This document shows positions 30,421 through 40,044 of a stretch of 64,000 nt of DNA, one piece after another (position 1 is the stretch's first letter; the number at the start of each line of letters is the position of its first letter). This DNA comes from an uncultured Candidatus Bathyarchaeia archaeon (GTDB lineage: Archaea; Thermoproteota; Bathyarchaeia; RBG-16-48-13; CAYPFQ01), in contig CAYYPV010000008.1 of NCBI GenBank assembly GCA_964473665.1, forward strand, positions 607 to 64,606, given 5' to 3'. Under the pieces are notes generated by a model. The model had not been told where the DNA came from and did no database searches. It saw only the letters and a list, made by a program, of their open reading frames with translations. The position numbers and the translations under genes are program-made.

Positions 30421-30648
30421 TTACTTCTTCTTTCCTCGTTTGCTTTCTGGGACAGGTTCGAGATAGACGATTTCAGCGTTCACATCTTTTGCAATCTGTT
30501 CAATTTCCACCTTTCTGAAGTGAACTCCTTCAATTTTAAGTGGGACATGTTCTTTTGCGGTACCGGTTACTGCTAAAACTCTGAATTTCGGCTCTTTAAC
30601 ACCGCTTCCCACTTTCAAGCGTTCACGCACATAAATTTTTAAACCCAT
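30421..30648 (-). CDS. Small hypothetical protein
   Basis: 75-aa ORF with GGAGGT RBS and plausible composition. Confidence 0.6.
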   Translation of the reverse strand: MGLKIYVRERLKVGSGVKEPKFRVLAVTGTAKEHVPLKIEGVHFRKVEIEQIAKDVNAEIVYLEPVPESKRGKKK

Positions 30649-30737
30649 TCATCAAACCTCCTTATCAGCTGTTATACCAGTTAATATATGCTAAAGGTTT
30701 AATATATTTTTTGTTGAATTTCTTATCGTTGATTCAT

Positions 30738-31544
30738 ATGGTAGAACGCCGTGAATTAGCATCCTCACTAAGAGGGGAAACGTTGGTGCGGAAGGGGCTA
30801 ATGAAGAAAATAGACGATATCCCGCAAATGAGAATTATACCAGATCTGAACGTGGTCAAAATAGGTGGAAATGGAATCATCGACTATGGCCGAAAAATAG
30901 TTATGCCTTTAATAGAAGAAATTGGACAACTTTCAAAAAAATATAAGCTCTTAATTGTTACAGGCGGAGGTGTTAGAGTCCGCCATATTCTGGATATAGG
31001 GATTGAGTTGGGTATGCCTACTGGTGTTCTAGCTGAGTTGGCTGGTAAAATTAGTGAACAAAATGCCATTATGATGTCTGTTCTCCTCTCAAGGTTTAAT
31101 GGCGTAAGAATACACACTAGTGATCTCTTAGATGTGTCCACCTTGCTTGCTATGGGACTACTGCCGGTGATCCCCGGCACTCCGCCTTATGGACTTTACG
31201 AGCATCCACCGCGAAAGGGATCAATTCCTCCCCATCGAACTGATACAGGGGCATTCCTTATGGCTGAGGTGCTTGGTGCAAAGAACTGTATCTTAGTTAA
31301 GGACGTAGACGGCCTTTATTCTGAAGACCCTAGGGTAAATCCCAAAGCTAAATTAATCCCTAAAATTACTGCTGAAGAGTTTCTTAAGAAAGACTTCGAG
31401 GATGCGGTGCTTGAAAGAACCCTTGTTGAACTGCTTCTGAACGCTAAACACGTAAAGGAAGTTAAAATCATAAACGGGCATTTATCTTGGAATCTAACAA
31501 AAGCAATTCAAGGAGAGACAGTGGGAACGGTAATACACCGCTAA
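30738..31544 (+). CDS. Amino-acid kinase/uridylate kinase family protein, molybdenum storage protein (MosA/B)-like
   Basis: VVKIGG, TGGGVRVRH, IPPHRTDTGAFL, KDVDGLYSEDP. Likely start is ATG 30738. Confidence 0.75.
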   Translation: MVERRELASSLRGETLVRKGLMKKIDDIPQMRIIPDLNVVKIGGNGIIDYGRKIVMPLIEEIGQLSKKYKLLIVTGGGVRVRHILDIGIELGMPTGVLAELAGKISEQNAIMMSVLLSRFNGVRIHTSDLLDVSTLLAMGLLPVIPGTPPYGLYEHPPRKGSIPPHRTDTGAFLMAEVLGAKNCILVKDVDGLYSEDPRVNPKAKLIPKITAEEFLKKDFEDAVLERTLVELLLNAKHVKEVKIINGHLSWNLTKAIQGETVGTVIHR

Positions 31545-31690
31545 ACCCAAGGTATGGTCACCTGCCGCCTATAACTTAGTGTGTCACCTATAATCTGGTT
31601 AAATTATTTTGCAGAACGTATTAACATATAAATAGGTATTACAAATCCATTGAATGTTTCCCTTTCAATCGCGAGGAGTGTATCGAAAGG

Positions 31691-32377
31691 ATGTCTATTG
31701 AAGAATTAGAGAATATGTCACTGAGGAGAAGTGAAATAGCTTTCATTTGGCTAAACGACTATGCTGGACTTATAGTAAAGAGCCCAAATCGAGTTATGGT
31801 TATTGATCCTGCTGAAGTGAATCCAGATGATTTCTCCAAGGTAACTGTCACTTTGATTACGCATGAACACTATGACCATCTAGATGAGTCTATAGTGGGA
31901 AGCATACATGCAAACACGAAGTGTTCTGTAATAGCGGATCATACGTCTTATCGAAGACTGCGCGAGCTAATTCCTTCGGATAAGCTTATTGAAGCAAGAA
32001 TTGGCGAAAAAATAGATGTCGATGACATTAATGTGAATGTGGAACCGAGCAACCACCCACCTGCAAGCACTCCAGTATCATTTGTAATTGCAGCTGAAAA
32101 TGGGGTTACTTTCTACCACACTAGTGACAGCTTACCATTTTCTGAAATGAATAAAATAGGCTTAACTTACAAACCTGATATTACATTCTGCACAATCGGA
32201 ATAGCACCAGGGACTTCACCTAAAACTGGTGCGGAGATAGCTAAATTGACTCGCCCGAAACTCGCAATTCCATATCATGGTACCCAGTCAAGTGAATTTA
32301 TTAAAATTCTTTCAAAAGAAGCTCCAAACATTAAATCCATGGCGATGCAGAAGAATAAACTATACAAGTACCCTTAA
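31691..32377 (+). CDS. Metallo-beta-lactamase fold hydrolase
   Basis: ITHEHYDHLD, YHTSD, IPYHG. Confidence 0.85.
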   Translation: MSIEELENMSLRRSEIAFIWLNDYAGLIVKSPNRVMVIDPAEVNPDDFSKVTVTLITHEHYDHLDESIVGSIHANTKCSVIADHTSYRRLRELIPSDKLIEARIGEKIDVDDINVNVEPSNHPPASTPVSFVIAAENGVTFYHTSDSLPFSEMNKIGLTYKPDITFCTIGIAPGTSPKTGAEIAKLTRPKLAIPYHGTQSSEFIKILSKEAPNIKSMAMQKNKLYKYP

Positions 32378-32379
32378 GA

Positions 32380-33015
32380 GTGATAAATTTGGTTCCCCAA
32401 AAAAGCTTAGATGAAGCGAAAGTACAGATTTCCACAATCTTAACTAGAATTGGCGCTTTAAGATTCGGAACTTTCACACTTTCAAGTGGTGTCCTAAGTC
32501 CATATTATGTTGATTTGAGAATAATTCCGAGCTACCCTGAAGCATTTCAGAAAATTACAGATCTCTATGTAGAGCTGGCGAAGAAAAAAATTGGACTTAA
32601 CAAATTTGATAGAATTGCAGGTATACCGACAGCTGGTATGCCTTTCTCCTCAGTTGTGGCTCTTAAGCTAAGCAAACCCTTTCTCTACGTGAGAAAAGAA
32701 GCAAAAACTCACGGAAGGGAAAGAAGAATTGAAGGGATACTTATGCCTGGAGACCGCGTATTACTAGTAGATGACTTAGTCACAAGCGGTGGAACACTTA
32801 TTGATGCAGCCGACGCGGTTAGAGCTGAAGGCGCTGTTGTTAACGATGCGCTTATCCTTTTAGATCGGGAGGAGGGAGCGAAGAATAGCATGATTAAGGT
32901 TGGGATAAATCTAAATTGTTTAATGGGAATGACAGAAGTGGCTAAAATCCTCTATGATCGAGATACTATTGACAAGGAACAGTTTAAGAGTATAATGAAA
33001 ACGGTTAAGGGATAA
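32380..33015 (+). CDS. pyrE: Orotate phosphoribosyltransferase
   Basis: FTLSSG..SPYYVDLR, RKEAKTHG, LVDDLVTSGGT. Confidence 0.93.
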   Translation: MINLVPQKSLDEAKVQISTILTRIGALRFGTFTLSSGVLSPYYVDLRIIPSYPEAFQKITDLYVELAKKKIGLNKFDRIAGIPTAGMPFSSVVALKLSKPFLYVRKEAKTHGRERRIEGILMPGDRVLLVDDLVTSGGTLIDAADAVRAEGAVVNDALILLDREEGAKNSMIKVGINLNCLMGMTEVAKILYDRDTIDKEQFKSIMKTVKG

Positions 33016-33449
33016 TGGCGTTTTATAATTCTGCTAAATTATTAGCCTTCCAATTCTTTTTTATAACGTCCCTTTCTAGCAGCCAAAAAATTAACACAGA
33101 TAATAAAATAATATAGTTTTCTTATTGTTGAAATTTCAAGTTTTTTATAAATACTTGTCATCATTAAGGTCGCAAAGTGTTACTTGCATATATTTCTACA
33201 TATTGCTAGGTACGTTTGAATCTTTTAGTGATTCTCAAGCTTTATTCTTATTTGAAGGGCATAAAATTGTTTAAGAGATTATGTCAATTCTGTAAAAGGG
33301 AAATATCTGCGGATGCATCTGTTGAACCTAAAAAAGAGCAAAGCCGCTACCTCTTCAACAAATGCGGGTTTATCTTAGTTGAGAAATATATGGCGATCGG
33401 AGCTGTAACTGAGACAGAGTTCAACTATGATTGGATCAGGTGTTAAACA

Positions 33450-33653
33450 TTGACTTTAAGTGAAGTTGTTTCCTCTAACGAGTATGATAAATATAAAAGG
33501 ATTATAGACCAGCTGGACGCTCCTCTGGTAATAATAGTTCATATTGATAATTTACTAGACCATTTAAAGAGGGGAAATTTAAAGAAGAAAACGTTCGAGG
33601 GTTTACTTGAAAACTATGAACGAATATACGGTGAAAGACAGCCTGCACCCTAA
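33450..33653 (+). CDS. Small hypothetical protein
   Basis: 67-aa ORF preceded by AGGTG; no recognisable motif. Confidence 0.3.
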   Translation: MTLSEVVSSNEYDKYKRIIDQLDAPLVIIVHIDNLLDHLKRGNLKKKTFEGLLENYERIYGERQPAP

Positions 33654-33885
33654 AATTCTTTGCTAGAACTTCAAAAACAGTCGAATAATCGGTTGATTTT
33701 TCTCTACGTACAGATGACGATTGATAAATTTTTTCTTACATAAGAATTCAGATTTAAAGAATGAAAAAGCGTATTTTGCTTTATCCCTGATTAAAGGAGT
33801 ACACTTTCAAAAGAACTTACATAAAGGGAGATAAACCTAAAATCGACGAGGGAAAACGTAATTCCCGCAAATCTTCGGTAGCAAG

Positions 33886-34332
33886 CTAACCTTTTTTCTT
33901 CTCTAGTACGGTTTGCCACCCGTAAGCGTGATCTTCTTCATCCGACACTATTTCTTCCAGCATTAGTCTGGTAGTTGTGTCTCCAAGTTTAGCGGCAAGG
34001 GCGATGTTTTGCTTGTATGTCTTAATCGCATTATTTTCGCCGTCTAAGTCGTCCTGAATCATCTTTTTTAGGCTGCCGCCCATCTTTATTTCATTTATTT
34101 TTGTTGTCGGTACGCCGCCTAAGTAATCTACGCGATTTAGAAATTTCTCAAGGTGTTTCATTTCCACTTGAGCTAGGTCTTCCTGCATTTCACTAATCTC
34201 CGGGCTTTCCATACCGGCTGACATAATGTGGTGGTAGACATACTGTATTATTGCACCTAGTTCGAGTGAGACGTCGTGATTTAGAGCTTCAATCAGTGCT
34301 TTTTTATCTTCTTTGCTTAATAGAAAACTCAT
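33886..34332 (-). CDS. Ferritin-like / bacterioferritin di-iron protein
   Basis: ELGAIIQY, EMKH, ENNAIKTY and DEEDH ferroxidase-type ligands. Confidence 0.85.
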   Translation of the reverse strand: MSFLLSKEDKKALIEALNHDVSLELGAIIQYVYHHIMSAGMESPEISEMQEDLAQVEMKHLEKFLNRVDYLGGVPTTKINEIKMGGSLKKMIQDDLDGENNAIKTYKQNIALAAKLGDTTTRLMLEEIVSDEEDHAYGWQTVLEKKKG

Positions 34333-34437
34333 TTTTAAAATCCCCTACATTTGCATAGCTAATAGTCAATCTTAGAATTTAAAAGCTTATTCATCATTGA
34401 TTTAACCGAGTAGAATTAAAAGTGAAAGACAAAAGAC

Positions 34438-34485
34438 ATGCATTATGCATTCGCTAATATAAATTTCATCATGATTTATCATGAT
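34438..34485 (+). promoter_or_regulatory. Putative cdh promoter/operator: tandem palindromes flanking a TATA-like box
   Basis: ATGCAT-T-ATGCAT (34438-34450), AATATAAA (34456-34463), ATCATGAT-TT-ATCATGAT (34468-34485), then GGAGG RBS. Confidence 0.45.
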
Positions 34486-34505
34486 TTTGAAATGGAGGCA
34501 ATTGT

Positions 34506-36872
34506 ATGAGTGAAAAGAAAGTTAGAGTCAAAGTTAAGGAGTTGAAGACAACTTTTGGGGTAATACAGGATTTAGAGTTGGTAATAGGCAAAGTTGTTGA
34601 GGAAACTTTAACTGAACCACAAGGTCCAACGCCTTATCCTTCAGTTGCGGACCTTAGGAACTGGGACTTCAAATTAATGCAGCGTTACAAGCCTTTCTAT
34701 TCACCTTTGTGCGATATGTGTTGCTTTTGCACCTTGGGTAAATGTGATTTATCTGGAAATAAGCGGGGAGCATGCGGTATTGATATAGGTACCCAGCAAG
34801 GTAGGATGTCGGTTTTGCTTTCGACAACAGGTGCGGCGTGCCACGTTGCGCATGCCCGGCACTTAGTTGAACATTTGATTAAAAAATATGGAAGAGATCA
34901 CCAAATTAATCTTGGAGAAGGCACTGAAGTTGAAGCGCCTGTAATTCGTTTGGTTTGCGGAATTAAACCTCGAACGCTCGGAGACTTAGAGGCTGTATTA
35001 GACTATGCAGAGAAACAGGTAACTAATGTATTAGCAACTTTTCATACGGGTCAAGAAGGAAGCTATTTAGACTATGAGTCAAAGGCTTTGCATTCTGGAA
35101 TGGTGGACCATGTTGGAATGGAGGTGGCGGATATAGCTCAGATTTCAGCATACGGCTTCCCGAAAGGTGACCCGAATGCGCCTCTTGTAGACATAGGTTT
35201 CGGAACTATTGATGTGAGTAAGCCTGTTGTTCTATGCGTTGGACACAATGTTGCGTCTAGTGTTGAAATTGTTGATTACATGAAGAAGAATGGGCTTGAA
35301 GATAAAGTTGAGATTTGTGGAATCTGCTGCACAGCCCATGACCTAACACGTTATCATGATCACGCGAAGGTAGTAGGGTCAATATCACAACAGATTAAGT
35401 TTGTTCGTTCAGGAGTGGCGGATGTGCTGGTGGTTGATGAGCAATGTGTCAGGACGGATATGTTGAATGAGGCTCAGAAAGTTAAGACGCCCATAATTGC
35501 GGTTACTGACAAAATATGTTTAGGTCTTAAAGATCGGACGAAAGATCCTGTTGATGAAATTGTAGAAGACCTCACTTCAGCTCATGTTCAAGGAGTTTTA
35601 ATTCTTGATCCCTTTAAAGCTGGAGAGGTCGCGGTGAAGACCGCGATTAAAGTGACTCCTATCAGGGGTAAGTTTAAGGCTATTCCAAGTAGAGAGCAGC
35701 TGATAGAGATAGCAAGAAGGTGTGGTAGGATTTGTAGATCCTGTAGGAGATCGTGCCCAATTGATCTACCGATAGATGAGGCTTTGGGTCTGGCTGCTGA
35801 AGGAAAAATGGAGAAATTGGCTGAGCTTTACGACCTTTGCCTTGGCTGCGTCCGGTGTGAAAGTGCTTGCAGATCCGGGATACCTATCGTAAGTTTGATG
35901 GAGAAAGCTGCTGAAGCAAAGATTAAGGGAGAAAAGTATAGGATGCGGACAGGTCGAGGACCAATTCACGACGTTGAAATTCGAAATGTAGGTTCCTCTA
36001 TTGTTTTAGGTGAAATTCCAGGAGTCATAGCGTTTGTAGGCTGCCCGAATTATCCTAATGGACCAAAAGAGCTTGCTGAGCTATGTCAGGAGTTTTTGAA
36101 ACGTCGATACATTGTGATTGCCTCCGGATGCTCAGCGATGGATTTAGCGATGTATAAAGATGAAGAGGGACAGACGCTTTATGAAAGATATTCTGGAAAC
36201 TTTGACGCTGGATGCTTAATCAATGTTGGATCATGTGTTTCAAATGCACACATTGTAGGTGCAACAATAAAGATTGCGAGCATTTTTGCTAGGAGACCAT
36301 TACAGGGTAATTATGAGGAAATTGCTGATTATGTCCTGAACAGAGTTGGAGCAGTATGCATAGCTTGGGGTGCAATGTCGCAGAAAGCTTACGCCATAGC
36401 TAGCGGCGCAAACAGGTTGGGAATACCTGTAATTTTTGGACCTCACGGCTCAAAGTATAGACGAATGTTTTTGGGAATAAAAGAAAATGAAAAAGATTGG
36501 AGGGTGTATGACGCAAGAACTGGTAACAAGACCTACATCGGCCCAGCTCCAGAGCACTTAGTTTATGTGGCGGAAACAAAAGAGGAGGCTATTGTCATGG
36601 CAGCTAAGCTGTGCATTAGACCTAATGATACTACTAAAGGAAGAGCTGTAAAGCTGACACACTACATTGACTTGCATAAAAAATTCTATGGAAAAATGCC
36701 TGATGACATACAATTGTTAGTTAGATCTGAATACGATATTCCAATCACAATTAAAGATGAAGTAAAGGATATTCTGAAGAATAAAAATTGGAAACCGACG
36801 CCTTCTCCGATTCCGGATCCGACTCTTCTTGATAGAATGATACGAAAAGGAAGAAGTGAGAAAGATGACTGA
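34506..36872 (+). CDS. cdhA: CO dehydrogenase/acetyl-CoA synthase alpha subunit
   Basis: CDMCCFCTLGKC, GHN, GICCT, two extra ferredoxin-type Cys motifs, GSCVSNAH, WGAMSQKA. Confidence 0.96.
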   Translation: MSEKKVRVKVKELKTTFGVIQDLELVIGKVVEETLTEPQGPTPYPSVADLRNWDFKLMQRYKPFYSPLCDMCCFCTLGKCDLSGNKRGACGIDIGTQQGRMSVLLSTTGAACHVAHARHLVEHLIKKYGRDHQINLGEGTEVEAPVIRLVCGIKPRTLGDLEAVLDYAEKQVTNVLATFHTGQEGSYLDYESKALHSGMVDHVGMEVADIAQISAYGFPKGDPNAPLVDIGFGTIDVSKPVVLCVGHNVASSVEIVDYMKKNGLEDKVEICGICCTAHDLTRYHDHAKVVGSISQQIKFVRSGVADVLVVDEQCVRTDMLNEAQKVKTPIIAVTDKICLGLKDRTKDPVDEIVEDLTSAHVQGVLILDPFKAGEVAVKTAIKVTPIRGKFKAIPSREQLIEIARRCGRICRSCRRSCPIDLPIDEALGLAAEGKMEKLAELYDLCLGCVRCESACRSGIPIVSLMEKAAEAKIKGEKYRMRTGRGPIHDVEIRNVGSSIVLGEIPGVIAFVGCPNYPNGPKELAELCQEFLKRRYIVIASGCSAMDLAMYKDEEGQTLYERYSGNFDAGCLINVGSCVSNAHIVGATIKIASIFARRPLQGNYEEIADYVLNRVGAVCIAWGAMSQKAYAIASGANRLGIPVIFGPHGSKYRRMFLGIKENEKDWRVYDARTGNKTYIGPAPEHLVYVAETKEEAIVMAAKLCIRPNDTTKGRAVKLTHYIDLHKKFYGKMPDDIQLLVRSEYDIPITIKDEVKDILKNKNWKPTPSPIPDPTLLDRMIRKGRSEKDD

Positions 36873-37383
36873 ACCTTGGCAATTTGGAAATGTTCCAGGC
36901 AGGCTTCAGGCGAATTTGATAACGGACTCTAAGATTGTTGCAGCTTTTATTAAGAATGCAAAACATCCGATAATTGTTATAGGAAGCCAGACATTTGATA
37001 CTGCTCTAGGAAAAAGTGATACAGCTAAACTTATGGAGAAACTGCATGAGAATAATGTCCAAATGGTGGCGACAGCTAACATGAAAGAACTTGCAGAGGT
37101 AGGTTTCAGAGATACACCCTGGATGGGAGTAGTCGATATAACCAATAGGCTTACTGACTCAGCATGGATGGGCGTCGATGGAAGAGGACAATATGACTTG
37201 GTATTATTCATCGGAGTCATTTACTACTTACAATCGCAAATGTTATCTACGCTGAAACATTTTGCGCCAAAGTTAAAAACTGTAGCCTTAGACAGATACT
37301 ATCATCCAAACGCTAGCTGGTCTTTTTCACTTTCAGAGGATGAATGGCACAAAAATATGGTTGAATTAATGAACCAAATATAG
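36856..37383 (+). CDS. cdhB: CODH/ACS epsilon subunit
   Basis: WMGVDGRGQYDLVLFIG, LSTLKHF, YYHPNASWS. Confidence 0.92.
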   Translation: MRKMTEPWQFGNVPGRLQANLITDSKIVAAFIKNAKHPIIVIGSQTFDTALGKSDTAKLMEKLHENNVQMVATANMKELAEVGFRDTPWMGVVDITNRLTDSAWMGVDGRGQYDLVLFIGVIYYLQSQMLSTLKHFAPKLKTVALDRYYHPNASWSFSLSEDEWHKNMVELMNQI

Positions 37384-37427
37384 GAGAATAAAAGTGCCTA
37401 ACGCCTCTAATAGACACTGAATTTAGT

Positions 37428-38849
37428 TTGGTGGTAAGAGTGGTAGAAATAGGTTTAGGAATACCGGTTGATGTTGGAATTATACATGAAGGGGCAAGGA
37501 TTAGAGGCCCGGATATGTATATAGAGTTTGGAGGAGTGAATACCCAATTTAAATTTGAGCTTGTTCAGGTAAAACCAATAAAAGATGTTACTGACGGAAA
37601 GATCGAGATAATAGGGCCAGACATCAAAGACCTTAAAGAAGGCGGGACCTATCCGCTTGGAATTTATATTGAAGTCACCGGGGAAAAACTTGAGAAAGAC
37701 TTAGAGGGAGTTATCGAACGGTATATCCACGCTTACTTCAACTACATTGAAGGATTAATGCACATAAATTCACGATACGACATTTGGATAAGACTGAGCA
37801 AAAACTCGTACAAGAAGGGTTTAAACTCATTCAAGTTTATCGGATTAGTTTTACAGCGACTTTTCAAAGCGGAATTCCCGATAATTGAGAGCATGCAGGT
37901 AACATTCGTCACTGATGAAAATAAAGTTCACGAAATGTATTCCAACGCTGTGAAGATCTATGAAAAAAGGGACGCTAGAGCTAGGACTCTTAAAGATGAG
38001 GACGTAAGTGAATTTTATGGTTGCACTCTCTGTCAATCGTTTGCGCCTACGCATGTATGCATCATTACGCCCAACAGAGTGTCTCTATGCGGCTCAACAA
38101 ATTGGTTCGACGCTCGTGCCGCTGTCCGAATAAATCCTAAAGGCTTTAACTTCAAAGTTGAGAAAGGCGAATGCCTCGACCCTGTTAAGGGAGAATATGC
38201 CGGAGTAAATGAAAAAGTTAAGGAGAAGTCTCTTGGCGAAGTTGAGCATGTCTATCTCCACGCATTTATGGGGCATCCGCCTACATCTTGTGGCTGCTTT
38301 GAAGCAATAGCGTTTTATATACCTGAAGTTGACGGCGTCGGTGTAGTTAACCGAGATTATAGAGGCCCCACAGTAATCGGCACACCTTTTGCCTCATTAG
38401 CGGCGCAAACTGGTGGAGGAAAACAAACTGAAGGCCTCGTCGGAATAGCTGTAGAGTATCTTAGGTCACCGAAGTTCTTTCAAGCTGACGGAGGATGGAA
38501 TAGAGTAGTTTGGCTTCCAGCATCGGTAAAAGCGCGTGTAAAAAATGCTATACCAGTTGAGCTGATTGATAAGATTCCGACTGAAAATGACGTAAAGAAT
38601 CTTGATGAGTTAAAGAAATATTTGGAAATGCATAATCACCCAGTTGTTTCAGGCTGGAAAGCATCGGAGGTTCCGCTAAATGCTACATCAGTCATTGAAG
38701 ATACGAAGGGTTTGGTGCCAGTTATAGAGATCCCTGGATTGATTCCTTCAACTGATGTTCCTCCTGAAGGCTTTAGAATTGTGCTTAAGGGCGTCAAAAT
38801 TCATTGCGATGCTATAGTGATAAAGAAAGCGGAAAAAGAAAAAGAATAG
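37428..38849 (+). CDS. cdhC: Acetyl-CoA synthase beta subunit
   Basis: FYGCTLCQSFAPTHVC, LCG and TSCGCFE A-cluster ligands. Confidence 0.96.
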   Translation: MVVRVVEIGLGIPVDVGIIHEGARIRGPDMYIEFGGVNTQFKFELVQVKPIKDVTDGKIEIIGPDIKDLKEGGTYPLGIYIEVTGEKLEKDLEGVIERYIHAYFNYIEGLMHINSRYDIWIRLSKNSYKKGLNSFKFIGLVLQRLFKAEFPIIESMQVTFVTDENKVHEMYSNAVKIYEKRDARARTLKDEDVSEFYGCTLCQSFAPTHVCIITPNRVSLCGSTNWFDARAAVRINPKGFNFKVEKGECLDPVKGEYAGVNEKVKEKSLGEVEHVYLHAFMGHPPTSCGCFEAIAFYIPEVDGVGVVNRDYRGPTVIGTPFASLAAQTGGGKQTEGLVGIAVEYLRSPKFFQADGGWNRVVWLPASVKARVKNAIPVELIDKIPTENDVKNLDELKKYLEMHNHPVVSGWKASEVPLNATSVIEDTKGLVPVIEIPGLIPSTDVPPEGFRIVLKGVKIHCDAIVIKKAEKEKE

Positions 38850-38855
38850 AGGTTT

Positions 38856-40043
38856 TTGCTGTTGGGTGAAGAGATAGATATTAATGAACAATTGGAAAAA
38901 TTAAGGAAAATTTTAAGAGAAAACAAATCTGTTGAAATGCAAAATGTGGATTTTTCTGCGAATGAGCTTGAGCTTCACATTAAACCAATGAAAGCAAATT
39001 CTACTTCACCTAGACCTAAACCTGTAGGATTGACAGAAGCTTCATTCACACCGCCTACAAAGAAATATGCTGGAGAAATAGTCGAGGTTAAACTTGGCGC
39101 GACAAAAAATGAAGGCGGTACGCGTGATAGAGTTCGAGTTATCGGTGGAGAGAAGGTTCCACCATTTTACAGATTTGAGACGACTGCACCGAATAAGCCA
39201 GTTATAGCCTTCGATGTTTTTGATATGAAGATACATCTCCCGAAACCTGTAAGGATGCATTTTGAAGATGTGCTCGAAGATCCCGCGGAGTGGGCTAGAA
39301 GATGCGTTGAAAAATTCGGTGCTGAAATGATTACGATACACCTCATAAGTACAGACCCATTAACTCAGAATACATCCGCAGCTAAAGCGGCTAAAACTGT
39401 TGAAAATGTTCTTCAAGCTGTAAAGGTGCCGATTGCAATTGGAGGATGTGGAAACCCTGATAAGGACCCTGAGGTTTTGGAGAAAGCTGCCGAAGTGGCC
39501 TCCGGCGAGAGAGTCTTACTTAATTCAGCGCGTAGAAATATGGATTATAAACGCGTAGCCAAAGCGGCTAATGCCTATGGGCATGTTGTACTATCGGTCA
39601 CCGAATTGGATTTGAATAACCAAAAAATGTTGAATCGAGAATTACTTGATGCGGGTGTATCGAAAGATAGAATTGTAATGGATCCTACAACAGCGGCTCT
39701 AGGCTATGGAATTGAATACAGTTTCAGTGTCATGGAAAGAATAAGGTTGGCTGGGTTGCTAGGGGATAAAGATCTGCAAATGCCTTTAGCTTCGGGTACA
39801 ACGAATACGTGGGCTGCTCGTGAGGCTTGGATGGAAAGTGCGGAGTGGGGTCCAAGGGAACTTCGGGGTCCATTGTGGGAAATAACTACAGGTCTAACTT
39901 TACTACTGGCTGGCTGCGACTTCTTCATGATGATTCATCCTGACGCTGTAAAAAGCGTTAAAGAAATAATCGAAGTTCTAGCGAGCGGCGCTAAGGGAAA
40001 ACCCCAAACAATTGGCAGTTGGGTTAATAAGAAGATAAGGTGA
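38856..40043 (+). CDS. cdhD: Corrinoid iron-sulfur protein small (delta) subunit
   Basis: MDPTTAALGYGIEYS, AAREAW, RGPLWE, MMIHP. Confidence 0.95.
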   Translation: MLLGEEIDINEQLEKLRKILRENKSVEMQNVDFSANELELHIKPMKANSTSPRPKPVGLTEASFTPPTKKYAGEIVEVKLGATKNEGGTRDRVRVIGGEKVPPFYRFETTAPNKPVIAFDVFDMKIHLPKPVRMHFEDVLEDPAEWARRCVEKFGAEMITIHLISTDPLTQNTSAAKAAKTVENVLQAVKVPIAIGGCGNPDKDPEVLEKAAEVASGERVLLNSARRNMDYKRVAKAANAYGHVVLSVTELDLNNQKMLNRELLDAGVSKDRIVMDPTTAALGYGIEYSFSVMERIRLAGLLGDKDLQMPLASGTTNTWAAREAWMESAEWGPRELRGPLWEITTGLTLLLAGCDFFMMIHPDAVKSVKEIIEVLASGAKGKPQTIGSWVNKKIR

Positions 40044-40044
40044 A

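Noticed and set aside
33216..33446. 76-aa ORF with CQFC
   Set aside because: Weak TTG start, no recognisable family; insufficient support.
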